The notes under the pieces: model-generated | Seen by the model: only the letters and a program-made list of their open reading frames with translations | Database searches by the model: none | Told to the model about the DNA's origin: nothing | Translations under genes and position numbers: made by a program | Origin: Promethearchaeia archaeon | Lineage (GTDB): Archaea; Asgardarchaeota; Lokiarchaeia; Sigyniarchaeales; SOKP01 | Assembly (NCBI GenBank): GCA_046497275.1 | Contig: JAWOFX010000170.1 | Location: forward strand, 1 to 13,466 | Direction: 5' to 3' | DNA: 13,466 nt | Shown: positions 1 through 7,754 of the stretch, piece after piece | Numbering within the stretch: position 1 is the stretch's first letter | Layout of the letters: each line of letters begins with the position of its first letter

Positions 1-123
1 ATATATATAAATCTTCGTGAAAATATTTCAAAAAAAAAGATAATTATTTAAATGATTAAGAAAAAGTATATGCTATCGGTAAAGGTTTTAAACTAAATTA
101 TTAGGGAAAAAGTGTTATAGAAT

Positions 124-294
124 TTGCTCATACATGTTTCTAAAGTCTCAAATATCACGAATTTAGAAGAATTTTTAGAAACATTTAGTAAAATAAAATT
201 TAATGATATCGAAAGGGGATCTTTACTTGATTTTGATTTAAATATCGAACAGGATTTCGAAAAAATAAAAATTATTTTAAACAATAAATTCTAA
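124..294 (+). CDS. Small 56-aa protein homologous to the N-terminal extension of the downstream GNAT protein (not in the supplied ORF track)
   Basis: Hand translation from TTG124 to TAA292-294 gives MLIHVSKVSNITNLEEFLETFSKIKFNDIERGSLLDFDLNIEQDFEKIKIILNNKF. It aligns from residue 1 with the protein at 311 (about 18 identities in about 50 positions, two small gaps) and ends 16 nt before it. Confidence 0.6.
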   Translation: MLIHVSKVSNITNLEEFLETFSKIKFNDIERGSLLDFDLNIEQDFEKIKIILNNKF

Positions 295-310
295 ATGGAT
301 TGAATAATAA

Positions 311-1534
311 GTGCTAATTGAAAAATTTTCAAAGAGAGAGATTTTAACGCTTAATGACTTTTTGGAACAGCTAGATTTCAAAAACTTTGATCTTAGAAAT
401 AAGAAAACCAGTGATTTTACTTTATCTCTTGATAGGAAATTTGAAAAAAACCCTCTTAAAATACAAATTGCGTTACCAAAAGATGCTAAAGTAATATCTG
501 ATATTTTTATAAATACATATAAAAATACTTATCCTAACAAAAAATTGGAAAGTACAAGTGAAATTTGCAATATGATTAAAGATCCTAATTTTGAAATAAT
601 TTTATTTAAAGATGAATTTGAAAAAACTATTGGTTGTGTTTTTTTCCATTTAGAATTTGAGAAAAAAAGAGGATATATTTTTGGTTTTGTTGTTAAGAAA
701 AATTATCAGAAAAACTATGATATCCTGAAAGGATTATTAGGTTGTTTTATTTATTTATGGGATAAATATAAAAACAAAATTTTACTTTGGTATGGGGAAG
801 CTAGGACAAATGAAACAGGAGCCCAATATATTGGGTCTTTATGTGGGATTTATCCTATTGCATTCTATCCAAATAAAGATATCTTTCTAGATTGCATCGA
901 ATCAGAAATTTTACAAATAGCATATGAAAAAAATGCCTTAGAAAAATATCGAAGTAAAAAACCCATTAGATTGATTCGTCAAGTATTAAATGTGTATATG
1001 TATTCTAATAGTAGATATAATTTAGATAAACCTATAATTGAGAATCCAGAAGTTAAAATAACCCAAGTAAATAAACTTAAAGACGATTTAATAATAAAAA
1101 CGAGTAGAGATAGATTCGGTATAGGATATGTAGAATTTTCTCTTAAAAACAAAAATTCGTATTTTAGATTTTTACATAATCCCTATGTACAAAATTTCGA
1201 AAAAGTTGAATATCATGTCAATAATATGAAAGAATTATGCGTATTCCTTCAAAAATTGAAAAAACATATTCAAAAATTGAAAATAAGATATTGTGAATGT
1301 TTTGTTTCAGCTTACTCTCCTGTTCATCAGAAATGTTTCCTAAATGCAGGATTTCATCCAAGGGGATATGTCCCAAGTTGGGAATATAACAAAGATTTTA
1401 AAGAATTTGAAGATCGAATAGTTTTCAATTATTCTGATGGAAAAATTAAAAAGGAAATGAAATTAATTCCTGAATCAAAGGAACTTGTCAGATTGTTTAA
1501 TGATTCAGAAATAGAATTAATAGATTTTTTTTAA
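311..1534 (+). CDS. GNAT-fold N-acyltransferase-like protein, probably two GNAT-like halves plus an N-terminal extension of about 46 aa
   Basis: 407-aa ORF with a GTG start right after an in-frame TAA. GNAT-like elements: LKIQIALPKDAKVISDIF, IGCVFFHLE, GYIFGFVVKKNYQK and WYGEART. The second half ends in a GNAT-like CECFVSAYSPVHQKCFLNAGFHPRGYVP. Confidence 0.7.
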   Translation: MLIEKFSKREILTLNDFLEQLDFKNFDLRNKKTSDFTLSLDRKFEKNPLKIQIALPKDAKVISDIFINTYKNTYPNKKLESTSEICNMIKDPNFEIILFKDEFEKTIGCVFFHLEFEKKRGYIFGFVVKKNYQKNYDILKGLLGCFIYLWDKYKNKILLWYGEARTNETGAQYIGSLCGIYPIAFYPNKDIFLDCIESEILQIAYEKNALEKYRSKKPIRLIRQVLNVYMYSNSRYNLDKPIIENPEVKITQVNKLKDDLIIKTSRDRFGIGYVEFSLKNKNSYFRFLHNPYVQNFEKVEYHVNNMKELCVFLQKLKKHIQKLKIRYCECFVSAYSPVHQKCFLNAGFHPRGYVPSWEYNKDFKEFEDRIVFNYSDGKIKKEMKLIPESKELVRLFNDSEIELIDFF

Positions 1535-1596
1535 TTTGTTAATATAATTCCTAGATAATATATTAAATTTATATTTTAATAAATAAGATCAATTTT

Positions 1597-2604
1597 ATGG
1601 ATTTAAGTATAAGAGAATTAAATGATCCACAAGAGATTATTAAATATTTACAAATAGGAATCAGTATCCCGATTTGGCCAGAATTTAATAGATATATATT
1701 GGATGATTTTCACTATTATCATGTGAGATCGTTTCTTCTTAAAATAGACGGAAATCTAATTGGAAATGTTTTAGTATTTGAAAGCAATAACATCTTATAT
1801 TTTGGATATTTCCGGATTATAAATCACAATGAAAGATTTATCGAGTATTTAGTTGATCTCTTAATAGATTATGCTAAAGAGAAAAAATTAAGAAAAATTA
1901 TAGGACCGATAAATATTCCAGTGATTATATATGGTTGGGGATTTATGAAAGAAGGCAGTTCTGAAAGTTTATTTTCTACAAAGCCTGCAAATCCTCCAAT
2001 TTATCAAAAAATATTTATTAAAAAAGGGTTCAATATAAGATTCGAAGAAGTTTCTTGGGAAGGTTTTTTCCTACCTATAGATGTTAATAAAATAAAACAA
2101 TTTGACTTTTCTGAATATGAGTTTTTTTATCCAAAAAATTTAGAAGAATGTTTGGATCTAAAAGATATTTTTTTAAAATTAAATTCTGAAAATTTCCCTG
2201 ATTATGCTAAAATTACTCCTAAAATTTCAGCACGTTTTAGTAATTACGTACAATATGTTTATGAATTTGGACATAAATTTATGATTTTTTTTGTTAGGCA
2301 TAAACCAACAGATGAGATCGTTGGATGCAGTTCTTGTTTACCTAATCCATTTAGAAAAAATAATAAAGGAAATTATGATTCATTAATTGCTTACACAATG
2401 TCTGTTAGCAAAAAACATAGAAATAAGGGAGTAGCACTATTATTATATGGACCTCCAAGTATTCAAGCCTGGAAAAAAAAATTTAGATATATTTCATCAC
2501 CAACAGAAGAAAAAAATAAGAGATTTGGAAATTTCGCTAAAAGTATTAATTTAGAAAAAAAAAGAGTTCATTACACTTTAGAAATCAATCTTTTAAATCC
2601 CTAA
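1597..2604 (+). CDS. Tandem GNAT-fold protein, YghO-like N-acyltransferase family
   Basis: 335-aa ORF. FGYF...LIDYAKEKKLRKIIGPIN...G...NPPIYQKIFIKKGF matches the pattern I recall for YghO-like GNATs. The C-terminal half has a GNAT motif A (MSVSKKHRNKGVALLL). Confidence 0.7.
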   Translation: MDLSIRELNDPQEIIKYLQIGISIPIWPEFNRYILDDFHYYHVRSFLLKIDGNLIGNVLVFESNNILYFGYFRIINHNERFIEYLVDLLIDYAKEKKLRKIIGPINIPVIIYGWGFMKEGSSESLFSTKPANPPIYQKIFIKKGFNIRFEEVSWEGFFLPIDVNKIKQFDFSEYEFFYPKNLEECLDLKDIFLKLNSENFPDYAKITPKISARFSNYVQYVYEFGHKFMIFFVRHKPTDEIVGCSSCLPNPFRKNNKGNYDSLIAYTMSVSKKHRNKGVALLLYGPPSIQAWKKKFRYISSPTEEKNKRFGNFAKSINLEKKRVHYTLEINLLNP

Positions 2605-2665
2605 TTATTTGATTCTTTTTAATGTAAAGCTTAACTAAGAAATAAAAAATGAAAAGTGAAAAAAA

Positions 2666-3520
2666 TTGTTTGAAGATAAAAAATTAGATGTCTGGTCAAA
2701 ATCCTATTGGAATCATATTAAAAGAAATATCGGAATTGTTAGCAATGATGAACAAGAACAGATAAGAAATACCCCTATTGCAATCCTAGGGTTAGGAGGG
2801 TTAGGAGGGCCCTTATCTGAGCAACTAGCTAGGATCGGATGTGAAAAACTTTTAATTTATGATAATGATATTTTTACTTCTTCAAATTTAAATAGACAAA
2901 TATGTACTAAAGAGGATTTAGATAAAAGCAAAATTTCTTTTACTGAAAAATTATTAAAAAAAATTAATCCAGAAGTAAATATTAGAAAATATAATAAATT
3001 AGATGAGCTAAATATTTCTAAAATTTTAGAAAATATATCTATTGTTGCATTAACTTTAGATGATCCTTTAAGATCTATAATAATTGCGCGAGAATGTGAA
3101 AAACAAAATATTCCAATAATTGAATCATTTGGAATCCCTTATTTATGGTCATGGTGGTTTAATCGAAAAAGTATTGATTATGAAACATGTTATGATTTTA
3201 AAACAAAAAAGTTGAAAATTTCAGAAATGAAAAAACATTCGAAAGAACTATTAGATATTAAAAAGACCGTTTTGCCAAAACTTTTACAATTTCCTGGTCT
3301 CAACGATATATACAATAGAAAATTAAAATCAATGGATGGTATGATTTCTGGGCAATTACCTTTTGTAACTTTTGCCCCAATAACAAGATTGACTTCTTCT
3401 TATATGGCATTTGATATTATTTATTCCGGTATTTTAAAAATAAAAAAAAAGATCTTGGCTCCTAATATATTAGGTTATGATTATTATAGAATGAGAGAAA
3501 TTAAATTCCGTGTTAAATAA
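2666..3520 (+). CDS. ThiF/MoeB/E1-like adenylyltransferase lacking zinc-binding CxxC motifs
   Basis: Nucleotide-binding loop ILGLGGLGG, signature DNDIFTSSNLNRQ, downstream Lys (KSK) and TLDD. No CxxC pairs. TTG start. Confidence 0.9.
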   Translation: MFEDKKLDVWSKSYWNHIKRNIGIVSNDEQEQIRNTPIAILGLGGLGGPLSEQLARIGCEKLLIYDNDIFTSSNLNRQICTKEDLDKSKISFTEKLLKKINPEVNIRKYNKLDELNISKILENISIVALTLDDPLRSIIIARECEKQNIPIIESFGIPYLWSWWFNRKSIDYETCYDFKTKKLKISEMKKHSKELLDIKKTVLPKLLQFPGLNDIYNRKLKSMDGMISGQLPFVTFAPITRLTSSYMAFDIIYSGILKIKKKILAPNILGYDYYRMREIKFRVK

Positions 3521-3536
3521 ATCTATAAAAATTTAT

Positions 3537-3575
3537 TTTTAAGTATAATTTGAAATTATTTCAAATTTTAAGTAT
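3537..3575. repeat. Perfect 10-bp inverted repeat AATTTGAAAT-T-ATTTCAAATT (3547-3567) with TTTTAAGTAT direct repeats at 3537-3546 and 3566-3575
   Basis: Read directly from the sequence. It lies between the ThiF stop and the 7-TM gene. Function unknown. Confidence 0.5.
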
Positions 3576-3681
3576 TACATAAAAAATATTTTATCAGTAG
3601 AGAAAGTTTTAATTAGTTTGAAAAAAAATAGTTAGTATAAAAATAAATGAAATTATAATTAGAAATTTGCTTTATCAAAAT

Positions 3682-4392
3682 ATGGAATTAGGTAGGATCA
3701 TCACTATTCTCTTCACACAATTAATAATATCCTTTCTAACTTATTTCCTCGCATATAAGGTTTTAAATAGAAAAAAGAACCATCTGACGATAAATTTAAG
3801 TTTATTTTATATTTTCCTAGGTACTGGGTTTGTTTTGAACGCACTATTCTTAGTATTTTCGAAAACGACTATTATAATGAATTTTTATTTAATTTTGTAC
3901 GTTTTATATTTCCTTGTTATATATCTGATATTTTTTTCTTTTATTTTTGTCTTAATTTTTATTTATGAATTATTACAAATAGATTCTGCTTTTTCTTTAA
4001 AGAGAGATCTAATAGTCATTGTTTTTTATGGTGTTTCAATTTTTTTAATTCTGCTTTTTCCAAATGGAATTACTATAAACGAAACTACTAATTGGAGACC
4101 GGTTTATAGTTGGTTTTTTCTTATTCTAATTTATTTATATTTTACTTCTTTAATATTTATACCAAGCATGTATTTTCTTATTAAATTATATAAAATCTTT
4201 GAAGATTATAATTTAAAGAAAAAAATGAAATATTTTTTAGTTGGTTTAGGAGGAATGATGATTATATTTTATGGTTCAATATTATATAATACATGGAATG
4301 AATCTTTATTTGCTATAATATGGCCAATCATTAATTTCTCTGTAGTTCCATTCGTATTATTAATTTACTTTGGAATTGGGCGAAATTTGTAA
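3682..4392 (+). CDS. Stand-alone polytopic membrane protein with about 7 TM helices (resembles 7-TM sensor domains)
   Basis: Seven hydrophobic stretches counted by eye, with short loops (GITINETTNWRPVYSW; basic EDYNLKKKMK) and no soluble output domain. The ATG at 3682 is preferred over the TTG at 3667. Confidence 0.75.
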   Translation: MELGRIITILFTQLIISFLTYFLAYKVLNRKKNHLTINLSLFYIFLGTGFVLNALFLVFSKTTIIMNFYLILYVLYFLVIYLIFFSFIFVLIFIYELLQIDSAFSLKRDLIVIVFYGVSIFLILLFPNGITINETTNWRPVYSWFFLILIYLYFTSLIFIPSMYFLIKLYKIFEDYNLKKKMKYFLVGLGGMMIIFYGSILYNTWNESLFAIIWPIINFSVVPFVLLIYFGIGRNL

Positions 4393-4564
4393 AAGGATAT
4401 TATCAAGAAGAACCTTTTCCTTTAGTAAATTTTTTTAAAAAGACTTTTTGTTTTATATCACTCTTCAATTAGACTCTCTTTATTAGATCGATGGATTTTT
4501 GGAGGTCTAAATTTAAATATGATTATTTTTATTAAGTTTTTGTATAAGAATATTGTCGAGTGAT

Positions 4565-4954
4565 ATGGACACTCTTAATGAATGGAAATTAAAAGATAAT
4601 CTAGTTAAATTTAGGAATTTATTAGCAAATGCTAAAAGTTTAAGTAATAATTTTTTGGTTAATTCTAAAATAAGAAAGAGTAAATTGTTTTTTAGTTTAA
4701 AGGAAATAAAAGCATATGAAAAAAGAGATTTTCCTCGAAAAATCATATTAACTGTCTCTTTTAATCCTGAATTCTATTCCATAAAATCATTCGAATTAAA
4801 TAACAATCAAAAAAACGGGAAAATCCCAAATCAATTGTATTCTATAAAAATTGAAGGTAATAACAACATTGCTGAGATGATCAAAAATCTAAATGATATA
4901 ATTCGAGGAAAAGATCAAACAGTTTTTAATCCAAATCACGCTTTCTCGATATAA
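4565..4954 (+). CDS. Hypothetical protein of about 129 aa
   Basis: Open frame from TTG4553 or ATG4565 fills the gap between the 7-TM gene and the convergent kinase. No motif recognised. Confidence 0.55.
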   Translation: MDTLNEWKLKDNLVKFRNLLANAKSLSNNFLVNSKIRKSKLFFSLKEIKAYEKRDFPRKIILTVSFNPEFYSIKSFELNNNQKNGKIPNQLYSIKIEGNNNIAEMIKNLNDIIRGKDQTVFNPNHAFSI

Positions 4955-5020
4955 ATTCATAAATCCCATAAATTCAATTTAAAAAACTTCTGATAAAAAA
5001 AGAAATCATCTTGATAAAAA

Positions 5021-7528
5021 TTAATTAATAATAGGAAGTGAAAAATAGAATTTACTCCCTTTATTTCTTCCCTCAGAATTCAACCATATCTCTCCTTTAT
5101 GTAAATCTATGATTCTTTTTGAAATATAAAGCCCTAAACCAGTTCCATCGATATCTACATCCCACCCTTGCCCCCATCTCTCTATTTTACCAAACTTTTT
5201 GAAAAGATATTTCTTTTCCTCCTCTTTAAAACCAATTCCATTATCCTCAATTGAAATTATAATTTTTGAATCATATTTTTCCGATTTTATTTTTATAGTT
5301 CCGCCTGGGGGTGTATATTTTATAGCATTTGATAGTAAATTTGTGAGGACTTTGTGAATTTGTTCTTCATCAAATTTTAATGTTAAATCCTCATGGAGGT
5401 TCGATTCGATTGTATGATTTCTTGATTTTGCAAACCCCTGCATTTCTTCGATACATTTCTTAATTAAAATACTTAAATTTGCTTTTTTAGTTTTGATTCT
5501 TAATTTTTTTTGTTCGAATCTAGAGCTTTCCAACAATTTATTTACAATTGTCTCTAATTTTCTACATCCTGTTTCAATACTTTTTAATATCGAAATCATT
5601 TCTTGAGTTAGATTTTCACTATAAAGGATCTTCATCAATTCAGCGTATCCCTTAATCGAAATTAGTGGTGTTTTTAATTCATGTGCGACCCTCGAAAATA
5701 ATTCTGCTTTTAATTTATCCATTTCATGCAGTCTTATATTTTGCTTTCTTAAATGTTGTGTCGCCTTCCATCGCTTTTGTTCTATTTCGATTGCATCAGC
5801 GATTAAAAATAAAACTAATTGATTTTGAGCAGATTTTTCTAGTTTCCCATTAAAAAAACAGCAAATTATACTATTAGAAGTATCATCTGACGTTATTTTT
5901 TTTCCAAATGCAGTTACATAACGATTATTCTTTATAAACGGGTCTGTTTTTGAATATTTTGAATTATTTCTATCAATATTATAATATTGTAAAAAATCAT
6001 GATTTTTCTTGAAAAAATTATTTAAAAAATAATTGGTTTCAAACTCATCCTTGCTTAGAGAGAATTTGTTGTTTTCAGTTGATAATAATTGAAAAAATTT
6101 CTTTTTACCTCTATTATATTCGCTAACGTAGACCACGGAGGCTGCATTTAACAATTTTTTGCATGTTTTTAATAAAGTCTTAATATTATCTTGAATCTCA
6201 GTACTGAAATTTAAGAAGTTCATATTTAATTCAGTAATGAGATCTTCATATTTCTTGCGTTCTGTGATATCTTCCAACCAAAACCTAAGTGTTATTAATT
6301 CACCTGCTGAGTTATAATGATTTACATATTTCCCGGAGATCCACTTTAATTCCCCCTTATTATCATTAATTTTAAATTCTAATTTCTTATTATCGTTCGA
6401 TTGAACTTTCTCTTTTAAATCTTGAATTGGAACATATTTTTTGATTTCATTTTCGGTCACTTTCTCTTTCTTGTCAAAACCTAGAATTTCTATTAATTTA
6501 GGATTGATATATGAAATATTATTATTGACTAAATTTAGTTCCAAAATACCAACTGATGAAGTCTCTATTAAATTTCGATATTTTTGTTCTGATTCTCTTA
6601 ATTTTTTATCTTTTTCTATCTTTTCCGTTATATCTTGGAACGAAACTAATATCCCAACAATTTTTTCTTCCAAATCTTTTAATGGAACTCTATTAATATC
6701 TATTATTAGAGGGCTATCAGTTGAACCCTCCCAAATTTCTTCTCTATGATATATTGACTCTCCGGTTGTTAATATTTCCTTTTCTTTTCGATTTAATTCA
6801 TTAACTCTTTCAGCGTTAGAAAAAATATTATTATTTGTTTTTCCAATTAATCTTTCTGGAGAATTTATCCCAATTAGCTTGGCATAATTGTTATTACACC
6901 CTAGATAATTAAGATCATTATCCTTCCAGTAAATATATTGAGGAATATTATTAATCACTAATTCTAGCATTTCATAGGATCTATTTAATGCTTCCTCATA
7001 CTTTTTAGGAGTAAATAATCTCCAAAATTTAATTTCTGGAATTGATTTTGTTATAGTGTTTAAATCTTCTTCGCTGTTTTTAATTTGTTCCTCCAATTCT
7101 TTAAAACGAGAGATTTCTTTTAGGATAACTAAAATTTTATCTCTATCATGATTATCTATATATCTTGTTTTTTTAATTTCAAACCAGACTAATAATCCAT
7201 TTTTTGTTTTAATTCGTATATCTTTTTCAAGTTCTTTGAATTCTTTTTTACCATCTAAAATATGATTTACTTGCTCAACATAAGATTGATGGACTATCTC
7301 TAAAAATGAATTATGAATAAGATCACTTTCACTATAATTCAATGATTTTTTCCATTGTATCTCATTTATAAATTCCATCTTGTATGGAAAAGATGAGCTA
7401 AGGATGGCAACCAAATCATTTATATTTTCTAAAATTAAGTGAGGCTTCATCTTACCATTGACAATTTCTTTCGACATGCCACTATATTTATTAACAAAAT
7501 CCATTATTTTTAACGATAGTCTAGTCAA
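5021..7528 (-). CDS. Soluble sensor histidine kinase (3 PAS, GAF-like, HisKA, HATPase_c)
   Basis: H-box VAHELKTPL (His codon 5681-5683), N-box NLLSNAIKYT, G1 EDNGIG, F-box LFKKF and G2 GTGLGL. The PAS/PAC repeats end in KEIS, QDITE and EDITE motifs. No TM segment. The start may be the ATG at 7504 or later. Confidence 0.95.
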   Translation of the reverse strand: MTRLSLKIMDFVNKYSGMSKEIVNGKMKPHLILENINDLVAILSSSFPYKMEFINEIQWKKSLNYSESDLIHNSFLEIVHQSYVEQVNHILDGKKEFKELEKDIRIKTKNGLLVWFEIKKTRYIDNHDRDKILVILKEISRFKELEEQIKNSEEDLNTITKSIPEIKFWRLFTPKKYEEALNRSYEMLELVINNIPQYIYWKDNDLNYLGCNNNYAKLIGINSPERLIGKTNNNIFSNAERVNELNRKEKEILTTGESIYHREEIWEGSTDSPLIIDINRVPLKDLEEKIVGILVSFQDITEKIEKDKKLRESEQKYRNLIETSSVGILELNLVNNNISYINPKLIEILGFDKKEKVTENEIKKYVPIQDLKEKVQSNDNKKLEFKINDNKGELKWISGKYVNHYNSAGELITLRFWLEDITERKKYEDLITELNMNFLNFSTEIQDNIKTLLKTCKKLLNAASVVYVSEYNRGKKKFFQLLSTENNKFSLSKDEFETNYFLNNFFKKNHDFLQYYNIDRNNSKYSKTDPFIKNNRYVTAFGKKITSDDTSNSIICCFFNGKLEKSAQNQLVLFLIADAIEIEQKRWKATQHLRKQNIRLHEMDKLKAELFSRVAHELKTPLISIKGYAELMKILYSENLTQEMISILKSIETGCRKLETIVNKLLESSRFEQKKLRIKTKKANLSILIKKCIEEMQGFAKSRNHTIESNLHEDLTLKFDEEQIHKVLTNLLSNAIKYTPPGGTIKIKSEKYDSKIIISIEDNGIGFKEEEKKYLFKKFGKIERWGQGWDVDIDGTGLGLYISKRIIDLHKGEIWLNSEGRNKGSKFYFSLPIIN

Positions 7529-7754
7529 ATATTATAAATATGATTATTTATATCTTCTGTGGTGAAGAGAGTGTATTTTTTTCCTAGCATACTGGAATAA
7601 CGCGTAAAATTATATTCTAAGGGATTCTTTCTTATTTCGATATTACTTGATCGAATTTACATAAAAAATAGAGATATCCATCTCTCTTACAATCATTGAG
7701 TAGACTATGTTTATAATAAAAAGGAAAGAAATATTAAATAAACTATGTCATTAC

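Noticed and set aside
93-284. 63-aa minus-strand ORF from the track
   Set aside because: It is the antisense shadow of the better-supported + strand ORF at 124-294 and has no recognisable features.
2649-2668. Out-of-frame ATG2649 and an A7 run just before the ThiF TTG start, suggesting a frameshift or sequencing indel
   Set aside because: The TTG start already gives a complete-looking protein, and A-runs are everywhere in this DNA. It cannot be resolved without reads.
4513-4746. 77-aa minus-strand ORF
   Set aside because: It is antisense to the longer + strand ORF and has no motif.
5665-6749. Plus-strand ORFs 5665-5853 and 6441-6749
   Set aside because: Both are antisense shadows inside the histidine kinase gene.
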